Shown: positions 1 to 10,864 of the stretch, piece by piece
Position numbering within the stretch: the stretch's first letter is position 1
How the letters are laid out: each line of letters starts with the position of its first letter
Assembly: GCF_001194135.2 (NCBI RefSeq)
Contig: NC_068987.1
Coordinates: forward strand, 48,439,894-48,474,718
Source of the DNA: Octopus bimaculoides
Taxonomy: Eukaryota
Direction: 5' to 3'
DNA length: 34,825 bases
Program-made: the position numbers and the translations under genes
Notes under the pieces: model-generated
Databases searched by the model: none
The model's input: only the letters and a program-made list of their open reading frames with translations
What the model was told of the DNA's origin: nothing

Positions 1-7
1 TATATAT

Positions 8-10
<3 letters not shown>

Positions 11-44
<34 letters not shown>
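11..44. repeat. (GA)n microsatellite
   Basis: Seen directly. Confidence 0.95.
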
Positions 45-48
<4 letters not shown>

Positions 49-71
49 AAAAGAGTAAATAAACCCATACA

Positions 72-205
72 CATCATTCTTAGTGTCCAATTTTCCAACC
101 TTGCATGGGTTGGACAGAGTTTATTGAGGCAAGATTTTCTGTGGTTAGATGCCCTCCCTGTCACCAACCCTCACCTGTTTAAAAGCAAGGTAGTATTTCC
201 TACAA
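72..205 (-). mobile_element. SINE family A, 3' tail fragment
   Basis: gatgccctccctgtcaccaaccctcacctgttt...gcaaggta, shared with copies at about 7760, 10580, 12560 and 25190. Confidence 0.75.
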
Positions 206-575
206 CATTCTGCAATTATTGCAGGTACTCTAAAATCAAAATTAATTAACAACATATTTTTTCATATTCAGAATTGCTGAAGCATGGAATAAAATACCCA
301 CATCAATTGTTAGTTGTCAGGTCACTGCATCTTTCAAAAATTCTATGCCACCTAATACAACTTCTGCCTATGTATCGCTTTCCTCTCTATAGCTTTTTAA
401 TGGCCCATTTTTCCTTTTTGTGAGTTATCCTGTGTAGTATGCACGTACTTTTGCTTTTCATTGCTATCTTTCTTTGCTTGACTTATTGCTGCTGCTGTCC
501 TCTCTTTTACTCTTTTTTTTTAATGAGCTGCAGTGCACTTGAGTACTATATACAATAAGCACATTTTAAGCATTA
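200..575 (+). mobile_element. CR1/L2-type LINE 3' end remnant
   Basis: About 257-347 reads FFIFRIAEAWNKIPTSIVSCQVTASFKNSM, similar to the CR1 ORF2 C-terminal motif FFsnRvvnaWNsLP, followed by a T-rich UTR. Confidence 0.6.
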
Positions 576-581
576 TTACCA

Positions 582-810
582 AGGTAGCGAGCTAGTAGAA
601 TTGTTAATGTTATGGACAAAATGCTTAGCAGCACGTCTTCCAACTCTTTACATTCTGAGTCTTTACATCTTGCCGAGGTCAACTTTGCCTTTTATCCTTT
701 CAGGGTCAATAAAATTAAGTACCAGTCAAGTACTAAAGTTGATGTAACTGACTTGTCTCCACCACTGAAAATTACTGGCCTTGTGCCAAAATTAGAAGGA
801 ATTATTATTG
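582..810 (+). mobile_element. tRNA-derived SINE family B
   Basis: gcgagctagtagaa...gaggtcaactttgccttttatcctttcagggtcaataaaattaagtaccag; same family at 6344, 19570 and 34195. Confidence 0.75.
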
Positions 811-1229
811 CTCTCCAAGCTTCAAATAGTCTACACTTTAGAGAGAGAGAGAGACTTAGTTGCTATCAGAGGCGGTATTTTGTAATTCTCTAAATTTCTT
901 ACAAACTCTGAACTCTAAAGTCTATTTCATTAAAAGATACTTTAGATTTAAGTTAATTAGGCAACAACGTTAATTTAACTACCGATTGAAAATAGTTCAT
1001 CTTCAATCTGCGAAGGAATAAAAATTAAAATTTGTATTAAGTACATGTCTGACACAAACTTTATCAACTATATAAGGTTAACAAATCAACTTTGGCAGAA
1101 TTTAACCTCATGCTCAAGCATTTCTGCCATTCCAGAATACAGAATACAAACATTTAGTTACATGTTTTAATATTTCTGCCACACCACAATAAATACAAAG
1201 TAAAAGAAAATGCTTTGTTGATTACTCAC

Positions 1230-1288
1230 AGGTAGAGCAGTCAATTTGTTACGGGAAAGATTTAGCATTTCCAAGTTTACCCAGGTAT
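1230..1288 (-). CDS. FLII: Flightless-I exon 9 (DTWVNLEMLNLSRNKLTALP); gene continues outside the window
   Basis: Acceptor ttgtttag|, donor CCT|gtgagt; 59 nt, phase 1/0; matches W...ETLNLSRNQLTSLP. Confidence 0.95.
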
Positions 1289-3447
1289 CTAAACAAAGAA
1301 AGATATGCAATGAGCAATAATAATGCTGAATTATTATTTCATACATTAGCACAAAGCCACAAATTTAGGGAAAGGTATAATACATTACAATTAGCCTTCA
1401 GTACATAAGTGTTACTTATGTAAGAGTACGTAAATATTACTTATGTAAGTGTTAAGGATGAATAGTGATACTTCACGTTTATGTATTTGTTTTGCAAGAT
1501 TCTTGATGTGAAATCATGAATTGAAAGAGATATTGTTATACTTGGAGATGGTCATATTTTGCCAATTAAACACATGCACTTTTTGACAAAATGGACGATA
1601 TGCAGAACAAGAGGAGACACATGGGATGGAGAGTTGCTGAAAAGGTCACAGGACGTGTGATGAAAGAGCTTTGACAAAGAAACTAAAATAATAACAATAA
1701 AGCTGAAGGGAAGATCAAATATATAGTGTGTGTGTTTAATTGGCAAAATATGACCGTCCCCAAGTCACATTTTGCCAATCAAACACACGCACTATATATT
1801 TGGTTTTCACTTCAGCTTTATTATTATTATTTTAGTTTCTTTGTCAAAACTCTTTCATCACACATCCTGTGACCTTTTCAGTGACTCTATCTCAGTAATG
1901 TTTTAATTTGGAACATTCTACCATAAAATAAAGAATGGGATGAGATTCAAAATTTCTGATATAGAAAAATTTTTTTTTTATTTCAGACAACCTATTCATT
2001 ATCACAGATGACAAAGGGAAAATTGTCCTTATATAGAAAGGTAAAACAAAAGTGATTGGAGTAAAGTAACTAATTTTTACAACTGATATGGTAACTACTG
2101 ACAGCATTGAAAGGTGATTGTAATGAAACAGAACAGATACTAAAGGGAATCATGGGCAACTGATAACCTATTATACAATGACAGACTGATATCTCAGGTG
2201 AAAAATAGGAAAAAAATACTGGTACTGGAATGGATTAATTAACAATCCATTCCTCACCTCTAAAGTGCATGGAAATAATTGGCATCTTTGATAGAATATG
2301 AAACTAAGAAGTTACATAGTCTTTGCAAGTTGAATTATCAGACAGTGAAGTGTGCAGGAATGAAATTGAGATTAAAAGAGCAATTCTTTTAGGATTTACT
2401 ATCCTCACTTCTTTTTTTTTTATCTGTCTTATGTATTATGAAAAAGTAAATCAAAATAAAATTTATAAAAAAAAATATAAAACAGAAAAAAAAAAAATCA
2501 ACCATCTGATGCTTCTGGTTGACCTCAAACACTACTTCAGAATTAAGAATATGCAAATTTCTTTAATACAGTCTGTCAGAATTTTCAGTTCTAATTTTTG
2601 CATACCATTTAATAGGAAGTGTGACATCATAAAATCAAAGGAAAAAAAAAGAATCACCTTTCAGAATACCACACAATAGAGAAGATAACGAGGGATAAAA
2701 AATTCAAGATGCAGGAGGAAAAAGTGATATTCAAATAGGTCAAATTGAAAAAAAATATGTGAGAGGAAGATAAAAAAAGAATTATGGAAACAAAAATGGA
2801 AGGATAATCATGAAAAGGGCTATAAAAAATATTCAGATATTCTTCAGCATGTTTCCTGACTGAAAAATGAACTTGGTACCAACCCAGTTGATTAGAAGGA
2901 AACTGCCATATTTTATTTTGCAATAATCGATTGTGGAGATGTTGAAAACAGGTTTGTTACTAAATTGAAATTTAGCTCTATATACTGTATGTACTAGTCT
3001 TTTGATAAATCTGTATGAAATTTTAATTGTAATAATAATGAGATTAGTACATACAGTGTATATAGCTTGTTAGGAAAGGTTAAAAAAGGTGACAGAAAGC
3101 AAGAAGTACACAGAATAAAACACAAAAAGACAGGAAAGTGAAAGTTAGGAGTTATAAATAGTCATAATAATATTAATAGCTTAATTGCAAAAAGAACTTC
3201 CAAGCAAAGACACTATTTACAAGTTCAAAGCTACAGTGCTCATAATGGACTGCATACAACCTCCAGGAAAAAATATTACCAATGAAATGGTAAATATGAA
3301 TACTTAAAAGGAATTAGAATATATAGCCAGAAATATAACACAATCAACCTCATAGACTAAGTCTTCAGCAACACAGTGATGCTAATAAAAATATATTTTA
3401 AGAGTAAGTGAAATTGTTTTTTAATAATAGATCAATTAGGAACTTAC

Positions 3448-3564
3448 CAATTAATGAGGACAGCTCTGTGATTTCATTGTCACATAGTTGTAATCTTTTG
3501 AGAGTTTTAAGTTTGTATAAAGCTTCGGGTATTTTGGGCAAATTGTTGCATGACAGATCGATAT
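3448..3564 (-). CDS. FLII: Flightless-I exon 8 (DIDLSCNNLPKIPEALYKLKTLKRLQLCDNEITELSSLI)
   Basis: Acceptor tgtttcag|, donor G|gtaagt; 117 nt, phase 1/1. Confidence 0.96.
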
Positions 3565-4643
3565 CTGAAACAATAAAAATGTAAAAAGAAACAAATAAAA
3601 ATAGCAGCATCAGAACCAAGCAATGATTAGGAATAAATGAACTTTAGGTCAGTTAAAATATATTTGTGATATATTTTAACTTCTAAAGGCAAATTCATTG
3701 CAGTTTTCACTGAGAAAAAATTCTCTCTGATGTTAAAAGGTGTAAAAACATCGTATTTGTCCAGTGCTTCCCTTTAGCGATTCCCAGACACATGTTTCTG
3801 GTTCTTTAGCCTTCCTCAATGGAAGATAATCCTGGACAGATTCAAAGCCATAGCTTTAACTAAAAACAGTCAACATCAATGACTGAGTGGTGCTAGTGGA
3901 TTGCCTGGTTGGAATAAAAATAGCAGCATCAGTGCCAAGCACTGATTAGGAATAAACAAACTGTAGGTTAGTCAAGATAGGTTTGTGACTGACTTTAACT
4001 TCTAAAGGCAAATGCACTGTCAGAGTGAAGCACTGGGAAAATATGGTATTTTTACACCTTTTACAATAAGAGAGAATTTCTATTCTCCATGGTAACTGCA
4101 GTAAATTTGCCTTTTAAAGTTAAAGCATGTCACAAATATATTTTAACTAACTGAAAACAAATAAATGCATACTCTCTACATACAAAAACTTTTGATATAC
4201 TTGAGAGATTGTTTTTTTTTCTAGAGAATTCCAATAACATTTTCGAATGTATTAAAAGAGGCAACACAATTTTTTTTTTGTAATGGCTTAAATAGAGGAG
4301 GAAGAATATAACTTGTGCAGGGTTTAGTAGATTAATATAAAGGAAGGCAAGAATGCTGTAATGCTAACTACAATAGATTTGGGTTCAGTTTGTTTACAGA
4401 TTTTTTAAACCCTACCAAAAATTTAAACAGTCAACTGTCCTATGATTTCTAAGAAGTATTTTCAGTAATTCGCAGCTGCTGAATGTTGTTATGAAGATCC
4501 TAACGGGAGTGGAAATGGAATCTACACAGGAACTTTATTTGGTTTAAGATTAGAAGACAATTAGGAATTACATGCAAAAGAAAGCAATTGTATGTTGTTA
4601 GTAATGAAATATACAGGGAATGATAATTAAGAGTATGACTAAC

Positions 4644-4747
4644 CTTGAAGATTGGTTAAAGTGTCCAGTGTTGGTGGGAAATGGTTGATACGTCTCTCTG
4701 AACTCTTCATGTGTAGTGTTGTTAAAGAAGTCAATGCTGGTAATTGG
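4644..4747 (-). CDS. FLII: Flightless-I exon 7 (QLPALTSLTTLHMKSSERRINHFPPTLDTLTNLQ)
   Basis: Acceptor ttttgcag|, donor G|gttagt; 104 nt, phase 2/1. Confidence 0.96.
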
Positions 4748-4789
4748 CTGCAAAATACAATGAAATACAAGTTTACAATATTTAAGGGT

Positions 4790-5900
4790 AAACACTTGTG
4801 TGCTGATGGTTCTGGCTGTACTCTGTCTCCAAATACAGGAGACAATCTCTCATCAAGCAGTGAAGCAGCTCTGTGGTTGTTTCAGCTCCCCTCCAATGGA
4901 ACATCAGAGCTGCCTGAAGCCACCAACTGATGCAGGTGGTAAAAGTCTTGCATAACTGTATGAGCTTTGTTGAATCAGATAGTGCAACTCTGGGCTAGAT
5001 GTTTTTATCATCCTCACTGCTCATTTTTGCTATACCACTCATCCATTCTTTTGAACCAAATGTAATGGCTTACTGTCTCAGTGGCTTCGGACAATTTTCT
5101 GGCAACATTTTTTTCCTCCTTTTAAGCTAGACCAAAAATTTGAGCATTTAGTGGACCCTAGTCCCAACACTTATCTCTATAGGAAGGTATATTGCCTCCC
5201 ATCCATTGTTTCCAACTCACTATATTTTCTGTATTTCTTGAGGAAAGCAACTTTGATGTTTGCTTCCCAGGGAATTGTCAGCTCTATCTTTACCAACTTC
5301 CTTTCCTTGCACCACATGACAAGGTTGGGTCTTTTAGTAGCAAAATGTGGGAAGTGATAGTTACCATCAACGCCAACAGAGACTTTTGGATCATTCTTCC
5401 TTACAGTGGCTGGCATATAATGTTCACTGTCTCTGCAAAACTATCTTCCCAAGCTCCACTACTTGTGGTCTTTCACCATTGCTTATTTGCTTTACTCTCT
5501 CCACCACTGCAACAGACAATACTCTGAGTACTTGGTTATGCTGCCATGTGTATCTGTGCTCCAAATCTAATGGGCAATTGCAGAGTATTCATCTCATTGT
5601 TCTGACCTTTCCACATTTGTACAGACCACACACCTCTTTTTTCCAAAGCTTTAGGTTTTACAAAGATTAGGAAGCATGTAGACAGAATGGTCTCTATGAC
5701 CAAAGTTCTTTCCATCCCACTTTTCACCCAACCACAAACTCCTCCCAAGAGGTACACTGTCCCTGTTGGCTACACTGTATGAACTCCATACAGTGGCTTT
5801 TCACTTTTCTTTCTTTATTTGGTTGGCTACTGTAGTTTTTCTCTTCTACTTCAACAGGGGGACCTGGCTTAACACTTCTGCTGTGGAGTGCAGGTATTCT
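4790..5900 (-). mobile_element. Decayed RLE-type non-LTR retrotransposon (HERO/R4-like) 3' portion, in FLII intron 6
   Basis: Frame-disrupted motifs in order: QQGQCTSWEE..KVGWKELW; C..KCG...ILCNC...HRYTWQHNQVL (zinc knuckle); RPNLVMW..ERKLVKIELTIPWE (PD..E-type RLE); SVGTR; RKLSEATETVSHYIWFKR. Confidence 0.72.
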
Positions 5901-6026
5901 TCTAATATAAACATATAATTATATTTATGGTCTCCTCAAAAGCAGACACACACACAGTTGAACAACTGCAGTTAATAGTCAATAGCCCTATTGTACATGC
6001 TATGAAATGGAACAGAACCAACTTAC

Positions 6027-6111
6027 CGCAACTGAGCATGAATTAAAGGATTGTTGTTCAGTTTCAAAGTTTGTAAACTTGTTAGGCGTCGTATCTGGGG
6101 TGGAAGAGTTT
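6027..6111 (-). CDS. FLII: Flightless-I exon 6 ([29 protein letters not shown])
   Basis: Acceptor aattgcag|, donor CG|gtaagt; 85 nt, phase 1/2; matches ESLPPQMRRL...NPLLHAQLR. Confidence 0.97.
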
Positions 6112-6232
6112 CTGCAATTAGAGAGTTAGAACACTTTTTTTTCAACTGAAACAAAATTTCTTTTTTTTTTTAAGCAATTGTCAGAATGAGGATACTTTCT
6201 CAAAACAGTAAACAGACATTTAAGTCTAAGAG

Positions 6233-7500
6233 ATCATCATCATTTAAGGTCCGTCGTCCATACTGGCAAGGGTTGGATGGTTTGACCAAGGCTGGCAAGC
6301 TGGAAGGCTTCACCAGACCCCAGTCTGATTTGGCATAATTTCTTATTGTCCACAAGGAGCTAAACATAGAGGAGACAAACAAGGATAGACAAAGGGGTTA
6401 AGTCGATTACATCGATCCCAGTGCCTAACTGGTACTTAATTTATCGACCCCGAAAGGATGAAAGGCAAAGTCGACCTCAGTGGAATTTGAACTCAGAACG
6501 TAACAGCAGACGAAACACCGCTAAGCATTTTGCCCAGTGTGCTAATGTTTCTGCCAGTTCACCACATAGTTTCTTCGGCTGGATGCACCAACCACTCCAA
6601 GAGTGTAATAGGTACTTTTACATGCCACCAGCACAGGTACCATTTGTGTGACAGCAGTATCTGACACAACTGTGATTTTACTTCGTTTGATGGGTCTTCT
6701 TCTCAAGCATGACAGAATCTAAAGGTCTCAGTCATTGCCTCCATGAAGCACAACACTTGAAAGGAGCTTTTCACATGTCACCAGCATCAGCCAATTTGCC
6801 TCTGTGAGGCTTAACGTTCAAAAGGTGCTTTTTACATGCCACCAGCATGGGTGCCAGTTACATGACACTAACATCAGCCATGACACTAACATCAACCATG
6901 ACAACAATTTCACTTGGCTCGACAGGTCTTCTCAAGCACAGCATATTGTCAAAGGTCTCTGTCACTTGTCATTGCCTCCGTGAGGCCCAAACTTCAAAGA
7001 TTATGCTTCACCACCTCATCCCATGTCTTCCTGAGTCACCTCTACCACAGGTTCCCTCCAGTTAGAGATCGGCACTTCTTTACACAACTGTCCTTGTCCA
7101 TATGCTTCACAAGACCATACCAGCACAGTCGTCTCTGTTGCACACTACATCTGATGTCTCTTATACCGAACTTTTCTCTCAAGATGCTTACACTCTGTCA
7201 AACATGCACGCTGACATTTCACATCCAGCAAAGCATGCTGGCTTAATTTCTTTCAAGCCTATGCATGTCCTTGATTGTCACAGACCATGTTTCACTGCCA
7301 TGTAGCATAGCTGTTCACACACAGGCATCATACAATCTGCCTTTCACTCTGAGGGAGAGGCCCTTTGTTGCCAGCAGAGGTAGTAGCTCTCTCAACTTTG
7401 TCCAGCCTAATCTTATTCTCACAGCTACTCTCTCAGAGCACCCAACTCAGCTACTAACTTGATTACCTCGATAACAAAAGCTATCAACTCTAGCTTATCC
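6233..7500 (-). mobile_element. RTE-clade LINE 3' fragment with a nested SINE
   Basis: (cat)n tail, repetitive 3' UTR, and ORF2 C-terminal sequence homologous to the 22609-22925 copy (LHGSETW, RRLRWYGH region). Confidence 0.85.
6344..6564 (-). mobile_element. SINE family B inserted in the RTE 3' UTR
   Basis: Full-length copy flanked by cataatttct (6334-43) and catagtttct (6565-74), a 10-bp TSD with one mismatch. Confidence 0.85.
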
Positions 7501-7754
7501 CCCTGGAAATTGATGGAGTCTATTTTCTGTACATCTTCAGATATTTATAAAACGCTTAAGTACTTTTTAAGAAACAAACATGTTTAATTGATAATCAATA
7601 CTTCATCAAAGGAATATCAATATCAAAAAGAACATATAGCTGTTCGACACATTAAATACATCTCTGTCTAACACATTTAAAAATATATTTGTGTTCAACA
7701 TATCAAATACACATCTGTGTTTAAAATATAAATCATTATTTTTAACACCCACTT

Positions 7755-7965
7755 TATTATGGTTGCATGGGTCAGATGTAACTTTTTGACAGATTTTCTC
7801 CAGCTGGATACCCTTCTTGTCACTAACACTTACCTGTTGCCAAGCAAGGTAATATTTCCCTGTGGCCACATGTATTTTTAGGAAAGATTGGAAACAACAG
7901 TTTGTATGACAGTGATGCTTGCTTACAATTGTTGAATGATGCAAAGACAAGAGGACATGAGAACA
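7755..7965 (-). mobile_element. SINE family A tail
   Basis: tgcatgggtcaga...cccttcttgtcactaacacttacctgttgccaagcaaggtaatatttccc...tgcaaagacaagag. Confidence 0.75.
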
Positions 7966-8046
7966 CACAAACAGATACACACATACATACACAAACTCGT
8001 ATCTATCTCATCATCACTTTCATTGACTTAAAAACTTAATACATAC

Positions 8047-8123
8047 CTAAACTATTGTTACTGAGATCCAAGTAAATAAGTTCAATCAAATTAACAAATA
8101 GAAGATTTGGTATGTTCTCAATT
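8047..8123 (-). CDS. FLII: Flightless-I exon 5 (IENIPNLLFVNLIELIYLDLSNNSL)
   Basis: Acceptor tcttccag|, donor G|gtatgt; 77 nt, phase 2/1; matches [21 protein letters not shown]. Confidence 0.96.
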
Positions 8124-8395
8124 CTGGAAGATAATATAGAGACTGTTGAGTTTTATCTTTATAATGATATTTAATTACACTTATACTATGGAAATATTAG
8201 TTCAAAATGAGAATAACAACACAGCAAGAAAGGCAAGGATAAGATGTATGTGATTGTATGTGCATCTGTATGTATAATCCATATAAAAAGATATGATTTA
8301 TGCAAATATATTATGTGAATGATTGTTAGAAGGTTATGTAATTATTTTCAAACTCAAAACATATATGATTATATAAAGAGATCACTTAAACTTAC

Positions 8396-8481
8396 TTATT
8401 ATGGCTAAGATTCAAAACTAATAAACCTTTAACATTTTGCAACTGTTCTGGAACTTCCACTAAATTATTATGGCTCAGATC
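8396..8481 (-). CDS. FLII: Flightless-I exon 4 (DLSHNNLVEVPEQLQNVKGLLVLNLSHN+K)
   Basis: Acceptor ctcttatag|, donor AA|gtaagt; 86 nt, phase 0/2. Confidence 0.96.
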
Positions 8482-8834
8482 CTATAAGAGAAAAAAATAA
8501 ATAATATAATACATACACATACATGCAGCAAAAACACCATAGCATATAAATTCCTTGGACAAGTTTTGCTCTTAATAGAACAAAGTTCTCATTGGATGAC
8601 AACTCTAAAACAATGAGAATACAAAAGGTCACAACAAAAAATATATAACAAACATTCCATCTTCAGCTGCCTAAATGGATATCAGTATGGTTTCAACACA
8701 AAACATTGGAATAACATTGTCCTTCTCCTCTAAGCTGAAGCCACTCAACCTTTTCACCTCAGGCATTAATTTCCCTATTAAATGTTTTATCTCTCTCTCT
8801 CTCTCTCTGTCTGTATGTATAAGCCCATTGTATG

Positions 8835-8842
<8 letters not shown>

Positions 8843-8872
<30 letters not shown>
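8843..8872. repeat. (TG)n microsatellite
   Basis: Seen directly. Confidence 0.95.
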
Positions 8873-8875
<3 letters not shown>

Positions 8876-8914
8876 CCATGTGTGTGTCTTTCTTTGTCCC
8901 CCCACCCACACACT

Positions 8915-9065
8915 GCTCAACAACCAGTGTGTACATGCCCATAACTTAGCGATTCAGGAAAAGTGGCTATTAGAATAAGTACTAAGCTCAAGAAATAAGT
9001 CCCAGGGTCGATTTTTTGACTAAAAAACCCCTTCAAGGTGGCCACAGTCAAATGACTAAAAGAAT
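8915..9065 (+). mobile_element. SINE family C 3' fragment
   Basis: cccataacttagcgattcaggaaaagtggctattagaataagtact...cagtcaaatgactaaa; second copy at 22940-23130. Confidence 0.7.
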
Positions 9066-9463
9066 AAAATATAAATGCTGGATGTTGTTTTGTTTCGCAC
9101 TAAATCAGTTCTAATCAAGCAGGCTTACTGCATTCATCCATGACCATCTGAGTCTTGTATACCAAGGATTGTATTGTCCAATGTGTCATCCCTTTTTAAA
9201 GACAGTAGGGTGTAATTTGAAGAAATTTAGTTGCTATTTCTAGCAGGTTGAACAACTATCCAGTCACTTATCCTGCACCTTTTAGGCTAACTCTCCCTCT
9301 AGCTCTCATTTACTCTCTCTTTATACAATGTAAAGTGTAACTGGAAAAACCAATCAGCCAACATTTATATTGGCTATAATTATAGTGAGATAATTTACAG
9401 TGTATTTTTTTGTGTAATTATATACATGCACATATAAAATCAAAAACTACACTTGATACTTAC

Positions 9464-9616
9464 CACAACTGTTAGTTCCTGAGAGCTAAAAACGGAGTCA
9501 GGAATACCACTGTCCGAAAGTTTGTTGTGATGAAAGACAAGGGAGCGCAAAGACTTTAACTCACCAAGCTTAAAATTTAGTTCATTGATTTGGTTTCTAC
9601 ATACGGATAAATGTTC
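9464..9616 (-). CDS. FLII: Flightless-I exon 3 (EHLSVCRNQINELNFKLGELKSLRSLVFHHNKLSDSGIPDSVFSSQELTVV)
   Basis: Acceptor tttctttag|, donor GTG|gtaagt; 153 nt, phase 0/0; LRR periodicity; aligns with EHLSVSHN...NSGVPDDIF...LSVL. Confidence 0.94.
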
Positions 9617-9733
9617 CTAAAGAAATATAAATGCAACTTCGTTGAAATATTTCAATACAGATTTTAAAATATTACTATAAATGCAAAGAGATAAATGAAA
9701 GACTTAAAAATATAGAAAGATTTTGACACATAC

Positions 9734-9844
9734 CAATTTTCTCAAATTATTAATTTCTTCTGGGACTTCAGTTAAACTGGTTCTGTTGAGACGAAGCCAT
9801 CTCAAACCAGCCATATCCGCCACTTGAGAAGGGAAGGAACCACA
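9734..9844 (-). CDS. FLII: Flightless-I exon 2 (CGSFPSQVADMAGLRWLRLNRTSLTEVPEEINNLRKL)
   Basis: Acceptor ttttgcag|, donor TTG|gtatgt; 111 nt, phase 0/0; matches the FLII LRR1 motif LRWLKLNRT. Confidence 0.96.
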
Positions 9845-9918
9845 CTGCAAAAAGAAATAATTGAACTTCAAAATACAAATTTTTGAAAACTGAAAAACCA
9901 AATGTGAAATGACATTGG

Positions 9919-10141
9919 TTAACCCTTTTGATAGCAAATTTTCTGAGATTATCCATGATTCCATGATGCAAGCTTTTGTTTAAAGTGATGTAAATAAAAA
10001 CTTTCCCCTCAAAATTTCATGTTAATTCCTGTTCCAAATACCAGCTTAATAAGACTAAGATATTTTATTAAGTTCTTCATGATTTTCAAAATTAATTGAA
10101 ACAAAAGCAGTGTATTTCAACAGAAATATTAAAAGGTTTAA
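9919..10141. mobile_element. TTAA-flanked MITE family A (piggyBac-like ends)
   Basis: ttaa-CCCTTTTG ... AAAAGGT-ttaa; internal sequence shared with 26302-26715. Confidence 0.7.
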
Positions 10142-10346
10142 CTCTTAGCATTCAGATTATTCAATCAAATCTAACACTTATTTATCCAGCATTATCTTGT
10201 AGCTTTTGAGATTTTGATTGTGTGACTGTATATTTTTTAGACTAACATTCTGGGGAAAGTGTGAGAGGTTGAATCTGGCCAGTTTGAAAATAAAATAGGA
10301 ACAATATTTTGGCCAGATATAGCTGCTTTAAATTCTAAAGGGTTAA
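10138..10346. mobile_element. TTAA-flanked MITE family B (piggyBac-like ends)
   Basis: ttaa-CTCTTAGCATT ... AATTCTAAAGGG-ttaa; same family at 26430 and 30704. Confidence 0.8.
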
Positions 10347-10564
10347 AGTCACAGTGGATTAAGTGTTCATTTAATTACTTCAACTTGTCTACTTTACATA
10401 AGTGAATTTACATTGAAAGTCAGCATCTTCATAAAATTAATATATTTATTTAGCAGTAGTGGGACTAAAAATGATATTAAAATTTGAAGAATAAAAACTT
10501 TTTTTTAATCACTGTATTTTTTAATATATTTGATTTCAAATATATTTTAGTTATGACTAAAATA

Positions 10565-10800
10565 TCATCATGTTAAAGTCCACTTTTCCATACTTGTATG
10601 GGTTGGACAGAATTAGCTGAGGCAGGTTCTGTATGGCTCGATGCCTTTCCTGTCACCAACCTTCCCCTGATTCCAAGTGAGGTAATACTTTCCAGTGGCC
10701 AAACATGTTTTCATGGAAAATTGGAAATGAATGACAACTGCATGTGTGATAATGATGGTCATTTACAACTATCATGTGATGTCAAGACAAGAAGACACTA
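10565..10800 (-). mobile_element. SINE family A tail
   Basis: aagtccacttttccatacttgtatgggttggacag...gatgtcaagacaagaag. Confidence 0.78.
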
Positions 10801-10810
10801 ACTCACATGC

Positions 10811-10814
<4 letters not shown>

Positions 10815-10861
<47 letters not shown>
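10815..10861. repeat. (TA)n microsatellite
   Basis: Seen directly. Confidence 0.95.

Positions 10862-10864
<3 letters not shown>

Noticed and set aside
2650-2950. Purine-rich stretch resembling a decayed LINE C-terminus (similar impression at 31700-31890)
   Set aside because: No diagnostic motif I could confirm; left unannotated.
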